Both the position numbers and the translations under genes were made by a program. The notes beneath the pieces are model-generated. The model was given only the letters and a program-made list of their open reading frames with translations, did not search any database and had not been told where the DNA came from. From Terriglobia bacterium (lineage in GTDB: Bacteria > Acidobacteriota > Terriglobia > 20CM-2-55-15), in the NCBI GenBank assembly GCA_965198225.1, contig CBDAOY010000004.1, positions 416,001-480,000 on the forward strand: 64,000 nucleotides of DNA, written 5' to 3'. This document shows positions 46,368 to 56,327 of the stretch, piece by piece. Within the stretch, counting starts at the first letter, position 1; every line of letters begins with the position of its first letter.

Positions 46368-46946
46368 AGGCATCCTTTCGTCGGAGAAACAATTGCGGGG
46401 TCGCCCATCATAGCCGACCGGGCCCCGAAAATGTAGCTACTAGTCGCTTTTTGCTCGGGCGTTCTTTCTTGTGGCCGGTTTGCAGAATGGCCGGGCTCCG
46501 AGCGTGCTTACGGTCTTGATTCGCGAGGGGAGTCCAATCGTGGAGGAGAGCGTCCCTTTCGACCTTCTGGACTCCGCCGGAGGCGGTTGTTCTGTAAGAC
46601 TTACCTGCTTACCTTAACACATCCGGCCCGATTCCCCAAAGGGGCGGCCGGCCGAAGAATCCAGGTTCGACGCGGGCCGACGCTTCGAGCCGTTAAAAAT
46701 CGCAGCGTAGTGAGTTCAGGGACAAAAAGCCTCATTCTTTCCGAGAAACCTGATGAACTGGCTTTTCGCTCTACCGAGTTCGACTCCTCGACTTACCTGT
46801 ACCGCCGGCGGTTGCAATTCCTGCGCCCCTCGCCGCCGACGATGTCGCCGGTCTGGCTCAGGTATGGGAGTCTTGGATGATCCGGGTAATTTCGACCGAA
46901 CATCGTCGTCATACCTGTCGTAAGTACTTTTGCAGGAGGCTGGTTC

Positions 46947-49370
46947 ATGAACTCTCTCTGGCAAGACATGAAGTTCGGGTTTCGAGCACTTCGGAAGAAC
47001 CCGGGGCTGGCTCTGATCGCCGTACTGACGTTGACCATCGGGATTGGCGTCAACACCGCGGTCTTCAGCATCTCCAGGACGATCCTCTTCTTCCCGTTCC
47101 CGCATGCCGAGTCGGACCGCGTGGCGTTCGTCAGTGCGACGAATCCTTCCCGGAGTATCGACCGGAGCGAGGTGTCGCTGGCCGACTACATCGACTGGCG
47201 CGACCGCTCGACACGCTTTGCGGCGATCGGGGCGGAAGACGCCGAACAGTTCAACATGACAGCGCGGGGCGAACCGGTTCGGGTCTCCGGCAACCTGGCC
47301 ACGCCGAACATGTTCGAAGTCATCGGAGTGCTGCCCGACCGGGGGCGCGGGTTTCGGCCTGACGACGGATCGGCCGGGGCCGAGCCGGTCATCGTCGTCA
47401 GCAACGACTTCTGGGTCGAATACCTGGACGCGGATCCCGGGGCGCTGGGGAGTGCCATCACGCTGAACGGCCAGAGTCAGACGCTGGTCGGCATAATGCC
47501 CGAAGACTTCATCTATAGAACTCCGCTGGACTTCTGGATTCCGATGGACATGACCCGCGTGACCGATCGAGGGGATCGAAATCTCGACGTGACCGCCCGC
47601 CTGGCTGACGGCGTGACGCTCGAAGAGGCCCAGGCCGAACTCGATGTCATCACGACGCAGCTCGGTGAGTCCTATCCCGACACCAACAGCGGTTGGGGGG
47701 CGCGTGCGGTGACCATGGCCGACGACATCCTCCAGGATGCCGGCGTCTTTGCAGTCCTGATGTACGGCGCGGTCCTGTTCCTTCTTCTGATCGCGTGTGT
47801 GAACATCGCGAACCTTTTCCTCGCCAGGATGGCCGGGCGCAAGGATGAAATCGCCGTCCGCGTTGCGTTGGGGGCCGGGCGGGGAAGGATCATGCGCCAG
47901 CTCCTGGCCGAGGCCCTGGTCGTCGCCCTGATGGGCGGAATCGGGGGTTTGGTCCTGGCTTTCTGGGGGGTGAGCTATCTCCGTTCCTACCTCGCGGCTT
48001 CACCGTCGGTGGCGGTTCTGGCACGGGGCCTCAACGTCGACTGGGGCCTGTTCCTCTTCACCGGCGGGCTCGTGATTGCGACCACCTTGTTCTTCGGCCT
48101 GCTCCCGGCCATCCACGGCTCCAGAGCGGACCTGAGCTCCACCCTCAAGCAGGGGGGGCGAAGCGGTACCGGCGGCATCAACCGTGCCCGTCTGCAGCGC
48201 ATGCTGGTCGGAGCTGAAATCGCCGTGTCCGTCATGCTCCTGGTTGCTTCCGGGCTGCTGGTCCAGTTCTGGGCCGATTCGCACGAGAAAGACCTCGGCA
48301 TCGACACCGAACGGCTGCTGGTCACCGAGATGTTGCTTCCCGACTATGACTACCCGGAAGAACATCAGGTCGAGGCGTTCTACAGGGACCTGCTTGCCGA
48401 CGTTAGTGCCCAACCGGGTGTGGCGGGTGCTGCGGTCGGCAGCGCCGCACCGGTCGTCGGCTTGAGCGAGAGTCCCGACACCCCGATCGCGATCGAAGGC
48501 CGCACAAGTTTCGAGGATGAAGCGGTCCCGACGGCGATCCACCTTGTGGTCAGTCCGGATTATTTTCGGGTGTCTGGGATCCGGATGAACGAGGGCCGTC
48601 CTTTCAACGCTCAGGACGCGGCGGACTCGCTCCCGGTCGCGCTGGTGAGTCGGACGATGGCTCGAACCTTCTGGCGGGAAGGTAGTCCCGTCGGGCAACG
48701 GATACGGGTTGAGGGTACCGGCCAAGCGTGGCTCACGGTGGTCGGCGTTGTGGGCGATGTCCAGAATCAGTTCGTCGCGTCTCTTCCCCAGCCTGTGGTA
48801 TACCGCCCGCTTTCTCAGATGCCCGAACCCGGCATGGTGCTCCTGGTCCGCACCCTCGGTGAGCCAAATTCGTTGGCTCCGATCCTCCGGGACTTCATAA
48901 GGGCGGCCGACATGACCCTCCCCATCGGCCCGATCCGTCCGATCGAACAGGACATCCGCCTGAACCAGGCCAGTGGCAACCTCGTTGCCGGCCTGGTTGC
49001 CGGTTCCGGGGCTATGGCGCTACTGCTGGCGGCTCTCGGCATCTATGGAGTGGTCAGTTTTTCGGTAGCACAGCGAACACACGAGATGGGTCTCCGTATG
49101 GCGCTGGGCGCGGATCGCGGATCACTCTACCGGCTCGTCCTGGGGCAGGGAGGCGTCATCGCCATGTTTGGCCTGGCTTTCGGCCTGGCCGGCGGTTACG
49201 GAGTCGGCGTGTTGATGCAGGCCGGCATCGCGGATTTCCGCAACCCGCTGGACCCACCTCTGTTCGTGGCGGTCTCGATGGTCCTCGCCCTGGTTTCCCT
49301 GCTGGCGTCGTTCCTGCCGGCCCACCGTGCCACCACGGTCGACCCGTTGGTCGCCCTGCGCATCGAGTAG
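46947..49370 (+). CDS. ADOP-type ABC transporter permease
   Basis: AGGAGG RBS; QDMKFGFRALRKNPG, LLLIACVNIANLFLAR, RTHEMGLRMALGA, DPLVALR. Confidence 0.92.
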   Translation: MNSLWQDMKFGFRALRKNPGLALIAVLTLTIGIGVNTAVFSISRTILFFPFPHAESDRVAFVSATNPSRSIDRSEVSLADYIDWRDRSTRFAAIGAEDAEQFNMTARGEPVRVSGNLATPNMFEVIGVLPDRGRGFRPDDGSAGAEPVIVVSNDFWVEYLDADPGALGSAITLNGQSQTLVGIMPEDFIYRTPLDFWIPMDMTRVTDRGDRNLDVTARLADGVTLEEAQAELDVITTQLGESYPDTNSGWGARAVTMADDILQDAGVFAVLMYGAVLFLLLIACVNIANLFLARMAGRKDEIAVRVALGAGRGRIMRQLLAEALVVALMGGIGGLVLAFWGVSYLRSYLAASPSVAVLARGLNVDWGLFLFTGGLVIATTLFFGLLPAIHGSRADLSSTLKQGGRSGTGGINRARLQRMLVGAEIAVSVMLLVASGLLVQFWADSHEKDLGIDTERLLVTEMLLPDYDYPEEHQVEAFYRDLLADVSAQPGVAGAAVGSAAPVVGLSESPDTPIAIEGRTSFEDEAVPTAIHLVVSPDYFRVSGIRMNEGRPFNAQDAADSLPVALVSRTMARTFWREGSPVGQRIRVEGTGQAWLTVVGVVGDVQNQFVASLPQPVVYRPLSQMPEPGMVLLVRTLGEPNSLAPILRDFIRAADMTLPIGPIRPIEQDIRLNQASGNLVAGLVAGSGAMALLLAALGIYGVVSFSVAQRTHEMGLRMALGADRGSLYRLVLGQGGVIAMFGLAFGLAGGYGVGVLMQAGIADFRNPLDPPLFVAVSMVLALVSLLASFLPAHRATTVDPLVALRIE

Positions 49371-49495
49371 GCGGCCTGCGGCCGAGTTGTCAGTTGTCAG
49401 TAGTCTGAAGAGAAACGTGACGAGTCACGAGGCAGAAGTTGTGGGATCATACCCGAACTGACTGCTGGCGAGCCGCCCTTTCGGGAGAACGTGGA

Positions 49496-50437
49496 ATGCC
49501 CTCCAAGCCAACCGATCCAGAGGAAAACGAACCCGTCGAGGAACCTGGAATCGAACCGGAGTCCGATTTCTGGTCCGACCCTGCGATCGAAGATCCCGAT
49601 GCGCCTGAGCGAATCCGCAGGATCCTCGAGAGCCCCGCCTACATCCGTACCGACAACGATTACAAATTCCTGCACCGCGATGAACTACGGCCCGTACGGC
49701 TTCTGCTCGAGTTCCTGAAGCCCGAGTTGATTTTTGAAGAGCACAACATCAAATCGACAATCGTGGTATTCGGGGGGACGCGGATCGTCAAGCCGACCAC
49801 AGCCCGTCGAGAGGTGGAGCAGGCGCGGGTCGAGGCGGCAGCGGACCCCTCCGATGCCGCGCTCGAGCGGAAGCTGCGCGTCGCAGAACGAGTACTGGCG
49901 AAGAGCAAATACTACGACGTGGCCAGGGAGTTTGGACGCATCGTCAGCGAGTCGAGCAAGACCGCCGCGCCTTCGGATTTCATCATCACAACCGGCGGCG
50001 GACCGGGGATCATGGAGGCGGCCAACCGGGGCGCGTTCGACGCCGGCCGGGCCACGATCGGGTTGAACATCACGCTCCCTTTGGAACAGCATCCCAATGC
50101 GTACATCACACCGGAGTTGTGTTTTCAGTTCCGCTACTTCGCCCTGCGCAAGCTGCACTTCTTGAAACGGGCAAAGGCTCTGGTCGCGTTCCCGGGAGGG
50201 TACGGCACTTTCGATGAGCTGTTCGACGCCCTGACACTCGTCCAAACGAAAAAGATCGATCCGATGCCGATTATCCTGGTCGGAGAAGAGTTCTGGCGGG
50301 GCGCTTTCAAGGCAGACTTCCTGGAGGAAGAGGGAGTCGTCTCCCCGGGGGATGCGGACCTGGTTTCCTATGCCGAAACGGCCGAGGAGATCTGGGGCAC
50401 GATCAGGAACTGGTACGCCCGGGAAGAAAGTGAGTGA
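49496..50437 (+). CDS. LOG family protein (nucleotide monophosphate nucleosidase / lysine-decarboxylase-like)
   Basis: TGGGPGIMEAANRGA, YFALRK, FPGGYGTFDELF. Confidence 0.9.
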   Translation: MPSKPTDPEENEPVEEPGIEPESDFWSDPAIEDPDAPERIRRILESPAYIRTDNDYKFLHRDELRPVRLLLEFLKPELIFEEHNIKSTIVVFGGTRIVKPTTARREVEQARVEAAADPSDAALERKLRVAERVLAKSKYYDVAREFGRIVSESSKTAAPSDFIITTGGGPGIMEAANRGAFDAGRATIGLNITLPLEQHPNAYITPELCFQFRYFALRKLHFLKRAKALVAFPGGYGTFDELFDALTLVQTKKIDPMPIILVGEEFWRGAFKADFLEEEGVVSPGDADLVSYAETAEEIWGTIRNWYAREESE

Positions 50438-50555
50438 AGAAGTAGCCAGCTGTCAGTAGTCGGAAGAAGTGACAGGTGACGGTCATTAAGACGTAGGCCG
50501 TCTGGCGCTCCGCGGGGACAGCGGAACGTTCCGTCAACGGCCTACGGCATACGAC

Positions 50556-51563
50556 CTACGGCCGACCCCTCTTCATCACAGGCCGATCATCATCGTCCGG
50601 GGACTCGGTCACGACGGTTTCGTCAGCTTCTGAAACGTCCGGCCGTGGCGTTCTCCGCCGCAGGCTCGGCCGACGCTCGTCGACGACGGGTGTGCGGTTA
50701 TCCAGAGCGGCCATCAGGCCTTGCACGTCGTCGAATTCTGAAGTCGTCAGCGCGTACTTGTCTTTCTGGGGAAGAACCGTTTCGATGTGTTCCTTGGTCT
50801 TGCCGATCCGATCTTCGGTCGCCGGGTGTGAGGCGAACAGGCCTGAAATGCTGCCGGGCTTCGATTTTTCCTTTGCCTGGATCTTCTCGAAGAAACTGAT
50901 CATCGCGCTCGGATCGTAGCCCGTCGCGTGCATGTACTGGATCCCCAGGAAATCGGCTTCTTCCTCGGCCTTACGCGAGAACTTCAGGAACGTCATCGGT
51001 ATCGCAAACTGTGCAACCTGCTGGGCGGCATACCCGCCGACACCGCCGAGGAATATGAGCGGGATCGTCGCGTAATTGATCAACGTGGCTTTCGATTGGT
51101 TTTCGGTGCCGTGTCTGGCGGTCACGTGGGCGATTTCATGTGCGAGAACGCCCGCCAATTCCGCCTCCTCGTCGGCCGCCAGGATCAATCCCGTGTTGAC
51201 GTAGAGGTATCCGCCGGGCAGGGCGAACGCGTTGATCTCATCCGAATCGATGACCTTGACGGTGAAGGGAACCTCCGCGTCGGAATTCCGGACCAGGTTC
51301 TGAGTCACGCGGTTGACGTACTCGGTGATGGTCGGATCGTCGACGAGTTTCGCCTCTCGTTCCACGTCGGCCGCGAGCTGTCGGCCGAGTGCCATTTCTT
51401 TCTCGATGGACGAGAAGTTGATGCTTCCTTTGTTGATGTTGCGGTTCCCGATGTTCTCAACGTCGGAGTTCTTTTTCTTCTTGTCATCGGATGCGTCGGC
51501 CGGGACTGCGAGGAAGACAGTCAGAATGACCATCAAAAACGTCCGTGTGATCTTTGAAATCAT
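50556..51563 (-). CDS. Exported M48-family metallopeptidase
   Basis: INAFALPGG, LAHEIAHV, EEEADFLG, SHP..RI. Confidence 0.92.
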   Translation of the reverse strand: MISKITRTFLMVILTVFLAVPADASDDKKKKNSDVENIGNRNINKGSINFSSIEKEMALGRQLAADVEREAKLVDDPTITEYVNRVTQNLVRNSDAEVPFTVKVIDSDEINAFALPGGYLYVNTGLILAADEEAELAGVLAHEIAHVTARHGTENQSKATLINYATIPLIFLGGVGGYAAQQVAQFAIPMTFLKFSRKAEEEADFLGIQYMHATGYDPSAMISFFEKIQAKEKSKPGSISGLFASHPATEDRIGKTKEHIETVLPQKDKYALTTSEFDDVQGLMAALDNRTPVVDERRPSLRRRTPRPDVSEADETVVTESPDDDDRPVMKRGRP

Positions 51564-51664
51564 ATTTCGCCCTCCATGCAGTGTTTGGACGTGTCAGGCG
51601 AGTTTTCGGGTGAATCAAAACCTCCAGGTCGCGGGATTTAACATTCCTTAACGGGGGCGAGGGC

Positions 51665-52135
51665 TCAGGAGAGGCGTCGGGAGTAATCTCCCATCAGCTC
51701 CACGATACGCTCGATCCTCTGGGTTCGAGTTTCGATCCGCTTTGCCCTCGAGAGCCAGACTAGAATCTCCCGCCGACGTCCCGGAGGCTGTTCATCCAGG
51801 ACGCGGAGTGGCAGTTTCGCTCTCCGGATGGCATCGGCCAGATCGGCCGGTATGGGGAGTCTCCCGGGGTCCGGGTTGTGCGACAGCGAGAGGCGAACCA
51901 CGTCGCCCTCCTTGACACCGGCGGCCCTGCGGGTGGCACCGTTGACGAACATGCGGTGCCGTCCCTCGCCTCGCGGGATCAACGTCGCCTCGAGCGCCCG
52001 GCCGTTGAGTGTTCCGCGAACGCGGGCGTAACCTCGCGTTTGGCACTGCGAGGTGAGGGTTGGCGGGACGTCGACGCAGAAGTTCATGCCGACCCGGTAG
52101 ATCTCGGCAGAGAACCCGATAGGTTTGTCTGCCAT
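51665..52135 (-). CDS. DUF1905 / YdeI-OmpD-associated family protein
   Basis: VRGTLNG, GVKEGDVV, IPADLA, AKRIETRTQRI. Confidence 0.75.
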   Translation of the reverse strand: MADKPIGFSAEIYRVGMNFCVDVPPTLTSQCQTRGYARVRGTLNGRALEATLIPRGEGRHRMFVNGATRRAAGVKEGDVVRLSLSHNPDPGRLPIPADLADAIRRAKLPLRVLDEQPPGRRREILVWLSRAKRIETRTQRIERIVELMGDYSRRLS

Positions 52136-52154
52136 GGTGGAGTGAGTACCGACC

Positions 52155-54134
52155 TCAGTCTTTGTGGTAGCGTTCCAGCATCGCTTCCAACTCGCCTTTG
52201 TCGATCGGCTTGGACAGGTAGTCGTCCATCCCGGCTGCGATGCATCTCTCGCGATCGCCTTTGATTGCGTTGGCGGTCATGGCGATAATCAGCGGACGAT
52301 CGTGGGCGTTCGTGCTCCGCAGGATTTCTCCGGTCGCCTCGAGCCCGTCCATCTCCGGCATCAGGACATCCATCAGGATCAGGTCGTAGGGCATTGTACG
52401 GACGGCGTCCACGGCCTCCTTGCCGTTGGCGACGCAATCAGCCCGGTATCCCATGGTCCTGAGCATCTTCACGATGAGCTTCTGGTTGACCGTGTTGTCT
52501 TCGGCCACCAGGACGCGCGAGCGAGGGTGAGAAGCGCCCTCTTCGTCTTGCGTTTCTGCCTCGGCAGCGGAGCTTGATTTCGCACGTTCGGCTTTATCGA
52601 CCGGAATCTCGAACCAGAATGTGGAGCCGGCATCGGGTGTGCTTTCCACGCCGATCGTTCCACCCAGCCGTTCCACCCACTGCTTGGAGATTACCAGGCC
52701 GAGCCCGGCGCCTCCGTGCCTCCGCGTCAGTGAGTCGTCGACCTGGGAAAACGGCAGAAACAGCCGACCGATTGCTTCCTCAGGGATACCGATGCCCGTG
52801 TCGCGAACTGCGAACCGGATCCACCGGCGGGAGTCTGCTCCGCTCGTCGGCTCAACCCGGACGACGACTTCACCTTTGTCGGTGAACTTGATCGCATTAC
52901 TCACCAGATTCATCAACACTTGACGGAGTCGTCCCGGATCGCTCCTGACGCTTGCGTCCAGAGCGTCATCCACATGGGTGTCAAACCGCAGTCCCTTCTG
53001 TGCCGCCTTGATTGCGAGGAGATCGCCGACCTCCTGGACCAAGGTCGCGAGTTCGAAGTCGATGCTCTCCAAATCGAGTTTGCCGGCCTCGATTTTCGAG
53101 AAATCGAGGATGTCGTTGATCAGCGCTAGCAGCGCGTCGGCCGAGACACGAACGGTCTCGACGTAATCTCTCTGGTCCGCGTCAAGCTCGGTGTCCAGCA
53201 GGAGGTTCGTGAAGCCCAGGATACCGTTCATCGGTGTGCGTATCTCGTGACTGACCGACGCGAGGAAGGTGCTTTTCGAACGGGTGGCCGCTTCGGCCGC
53301 ATCCCGCGCCTCCGCCAGGGCTTCGGCCTGGGCCTCGAGGCGGCGCCGGGAGTCTTCCAGTTCCTCGATATGCCGTTCCCGGTCCTGTTGGGCGGCCTTC
53401 TGCGCCGTGACGTCCCGCATAATTCCCTCTCTGTGATGCGTAGAGCCGTCCGGGTTACGCACGATCCGACCGGTCAGCGACACCCAGACCTTGCTCCGAT
53501 CCTTGCGGTAGAGCTCGACCTCGACGTAGCTGACGGTGTCGCCTTCACGCTCAGCCTCCTCGATGCTCTCCCGGCGGCGCGCTGGCGTGACGAACAGCTG
53601 GCCTGGAATGTCGGTGATCGTTTCCATCAGCTCCTGCGGCGAACTGTAGCCGAGCAGACGCGCCAGGCCGTCGTTGGCCATGACGAATCGCCCTTCGGGG
53701 CTGGTTTGATAGAGGCCATCGAGCGAGTCTTCGAAGAAGTTCCTGTATGTCTCGGCTTCGTTCCCTGCGATCGTATGCTTGAGTGGGATTACCCTTCCCG
53801 CAAGGAAGATGCGTTGGGCTTCCGGATCCGGCGTGAAGTGGCAGTCGAGCCACCGATAGCGGCCGTCTTTCGATCTGAACCGGAGGTCAAAGGATGCGGG
53901 CTGGCGATCGGTCCCTGGACCTTGAAATACCGGCTGCACGCGTCTCCGGTCCTCGGGATGAACCAGGCCCACGAACTCCTGACCGATCAGATCCGGCGGC
54001 GGCAGCCCAAGCTTCGCCTGCCAGGCCGCGTTTGCCCGGATGAACCGTCCGTCCGGACCCAACAGCGCGAGCGGGTCCGGGCTGATCTGGAAGAAACGGC
54101 CGATTGTTTCGGCCTGTTGGATCCTGTCATTCAC
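52155..54134 (-). CDS. PAS-PAS hybrid histidine kinase with receiver domain
   Basis: FLASVSHEIRTPMNG, NLVSNAIKFT, DTGIGI, GLGLVISK, LILMDVLMPEMDG. Confidence 0.93.
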   Translation of the reverse strand: MNDRIQQAETIGRFFQISPDPLALLGPDGRFIRANAAWQAKLGLPPPDLIGQEFVGLVHPEDRRRVQPVFQGPGTDRQPASFDLRFRSKDGRYRWLDCHFTPDPEAQRIFLAGRVIPLKHTIAGNEAETYRNFFEDSLDGLYQTSPEGRFVMANDGLARLLGYSSPQELMETITDIPGQLFVTPARRRESIEEAEREGDTVSYVEVELYRKDRSKVWVSLTGRIVRNPDGSTHHREGIMRDVTAQKAAQQDRERHIEELEDSRRRLEAQAEALAEARDAAEAATRSKSTFLASVSHEIRTPMNGILGFTNLLLDTELDADQRDYVETVRVSADALLALINDILDFSKIEAGKLDLESIDFELATLVQEVGDLLAIKAAQKGLRFDTHVDDALDASVRSDPGRLRQVLMNLVSNAIKFTDKGEVVVRVEPTSGADSRRWIRFAVRDTGIGIPEEAIGRLFLPFSQVDDSLTRRHGGAGLGLVISKQWVERLGGTIGVESTPDAGSTFWFEIPVDKAERAKSSSAAEAETQDEEGASHPRSRVLVAEDNTVNQKLIVKMLRTMGYRADCVANGKEAVDAVRTMPYDLILMDVLMPEMDGLEATGEILRSTNAHDRPLIIAMTANAIKGDRERCIAAGMDDYLSKPIDKGELEAMLERYHKD

Positions 54135-54160
54135 GTCTTTGACGATCCGGAAGTGACATT

Positions 54161-54943
54161 CTACTGGTTGCCTTTCGAGTCAATCGCGAACGCCGCCCCC
54201 TGTGGGTCCAGGCACTGGGCGATCCTGTCTCCTCCCGGCACGTCCATGGGTCCATTCAGGATCTGACCGCCCGCATCTTTGATCCCGCCCACCAACGCGT
54301 CGACATCCGAGACGTGGATGTAGAGCATCCAATGGGGAGGCGCCGGGATATCCGGAGTCTTGTTGAACATCCCGCCCAGCGTGACGCCCTTGCGGCCGTA
54401 CATCTGGTAGATTCCTGGTTCACCCATGTCCATTGCCTCGGTTTTCTCCCAGCCGAAAAGAGCGGAGTAGAAAGCGAAGGCGGCCTCGTAGTCGGTCGTC
54501 ATCAGCTCGTGCCACGAGAATTCGCGCTCCTTTGGCGGTGGATCATCGCCCGGCATGTCGCCGACCGGTCTGTAGACGGCGAATATCGCCCCCTGGGGAT
54601 CGCCGACGACCGCAAACCGTCCGACCTCTGCGATATCTGTTGGCTCAACGTAGGTGCTGGCTCCCAGTTCCTTGGCGCGGGCAACACTCTGATCGACGTC
54701 CGGCACGGCGACATAGGGCAGCCAGTGAGGACGAGCGCCTTGGGCCACCGTATCGTCGGGCAGTTGCATGACGCCGCCGATCGGAGTTTCGCCCACCATC
54801 CATGTCGTGTATGGAATGCCGGCACCGTCGAAGGCTTGGGTTCCCCAACCGATGATCCGCTTGTAGAAATCCATGGCAGCCGCCGGATCGCTGGTCAGAA
54901 GTTCGTACCAGACAAAACGACCCCGCGCATCTTCGTTCGACAT
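54161..54943 (-). CDS. Two-domain VOC/glyoxalase family protein
   Basis: FVWYELLTSD and FSWHELMTTD duplicated halves; DPQGA twice. Confidence 0.9.
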   Translation of the reverse strand: MSNEDARGRFVWYELLTSDPAAAMDFYKRIIGWGTQAFDGAGIPYTTWMVGETPIGGVMQLPDDTVAQGARPHWLPYVAVPDVDQSVARAKELGASTYVEPTDIAEVGRFAVVGDPQGAIFAVYRPVGDMPGDDPPPKEREFSWHELMTTDYEAAFAFYSALFGWEKTEAMDMGEPGIYQMYGRKGVTLGGMFNKTPDIPAPPHWMLYIHVSDVDALVGGIKDAGGQILNGPMDVPGGDRIAQCLDPQGAAFAIDSKGNQ

Positions 54944-55117
54944 GACTCCCTCCTCTCCCGTGCTTGGGCTGCGACTGTGGGGAACGACCGAATATGTTAG
55001 CAGAATGGGGTGTTTGCGCGCGGTCCGTAGGCGTCCGGCACGGGGATCTTCTACCACGGCCTCCGTCGGTACGAATCAGGGAACCTCCTCGCAATCCGGG
55101 AGTAAGTCTCAGCAGTC

Positions 55118-55385
55118 CTAGTGGCCTGTAACAGAGATAGTGACAGCGTCGCCGATGGGCCTTGCGGGTCCTCTCACGAGTAGTTGCAGAACGAAAAACG
55201 CCGGTTTCCTAGCTCTTCTTTGTGGCTGGCAAGACCCATCGTCCCTTCGGGTTGCGGCGGAACAGCACCGTCTTCGTTGTCGCGCCTTCTCGCAATGAAG
55301 CGGCATTACCTCGGGCGGCCCTCCTAGAATCCGGTACCGTTGCGCTCGCAACGCCACTATCACTCTCTCTGTTACAGGCCACGAG
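55118..55385. mobile_element. Divergent copy (268 bp) of the CTAG-bounded element, copy 4
   Basis: CTAGTGGCCTGTAACAG...CTGTTACAGGCCACGAG; internal blocks CCGATGGG, GCAAGACCCATCG, CGTCTTCG, CGCAATGAA and CTCCTAGAATCCG conserved. Confidence 0.8.
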
Positions 55386-55473
55386 GCGAGGGCGGCGGGT
55401 AGAGGGCAAGCAGCAAAGGACCGAGAGGCCTCCAACGGATAACGGCCTACGGCCTCACGGCCAACGATTCACT

Positions 55474-56256
55474 TCAAGAACACTTGATCGCTACGGCCTG
55501 CATCGAGGTCAGGTCGATCCGGGCCCGGTCGGGTTGGCGGATCAGGTAGCCCTTCGCCTGCATCTTGCGGCCGACGTGCTCGGTCGGGTCGAAATCTTTC
55601 AGGAAGTCCAGGCTCTGCAGGCGGAATGTCAGCTCACCCAGGGACTGGTGGATCGCGGCCTCCATCTCTTCCGCCGTGGAACTGTAGGAGCTGTCGGTCC
55701 GCGCCGGCTCGCCGCTGTCGCTCAACGTCCAGCCCCCGAGTATGTCCTCGGTGAGGCAGCCGACGACCTGGACCAGTGCGCCGCTGGGCACCGGCCGTGG
55801 CCCGTCCGACCTTTCGATTTGAACGCCGTCGAGCGTGCCCATCTCGAGTTCTTCGTGGCCCAGGGGAAATTCGTTCAAGTAAAGGAGATAGGCCACTATG
55901 TCGACGTAGGTCTCGTCGCTCAGGCTCTCGGGATTGCGGCGCGGCATGGAGGCTTTGATAAACCCGAAGAAACTCTCCAGGTCGTATTCCCGCCACCGCT
56001 CCATGAAAGCGTCGCCGATCAGCCGCGCGTCTCGATTCCCGCTGTCGACGTCGCCCCTGTGACATCTGCCGCAGTGGGTTCGGTACTCCGCCTGGCCGCG
56101 GGCCGCCTGGTTGACGGTGTAGACGCCCCGCCAGACGGTGGGATGGTCATCCGCAGTTTGCTCGGCAGGCTCCTGAATCTCCAGGGCAACACCGCGTGCG
56201 CGAGATCCGGCAAGCGAAAGAAGGAGGATCAGGAAGATCGTCAGTTTCGAGTACAT
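55474..56256 (-). CDS. Exported c-type cytochrome
   Basis: Signal peptide; GVYTVNQAARG..CGRCH..SMP. Confidence 0.85.
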   Translation of the reverse strand: MYSKLTIFLILLLSLAGSRARGVALEIQEPAEQTADDHPTVWRGVYTVNQAARGQAEYRTHCGRCHRGDVDSGNRDARLIGDAFMERWREYDLESFFGFIKASMPRRNPESLSDETYVDIVAYLLYLNEFPLGHEELEMGTLDGVQIERSDGPRPVPSGALVQVVGCLTEDILGGWTLSDSGEPARTDSSYSSTAEEMEAAIHQSLGELTFRLQSLDFLKDFDPTEHVGRKMQAKGYLIRQPDRARIDLTSMQAVAIKCS

Positions 56257-56327
56257 GTGGCTCCGGCTGGTTGTTTCCAGTCGAAGCAGATTTACCACAT
56301 GTTCGGTTTGGAGTCCAATGAGGGCGA

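Noticed and set aside
46400-46940. Riboswitch or ncRNA upstream of the KamA-like gene
   Set aside because: Some hairpins are present but I recognise no lysine, SAM or other aptamer consensus; an Rfam scan would be needed.
55474-55476. Other TGA stops as possible selenocysteine codons (cytochrome c, trxA, methyltransferases)
   Set aside because: These domains are complete before the stop and the TGA does not align to a catalytic Cys position.
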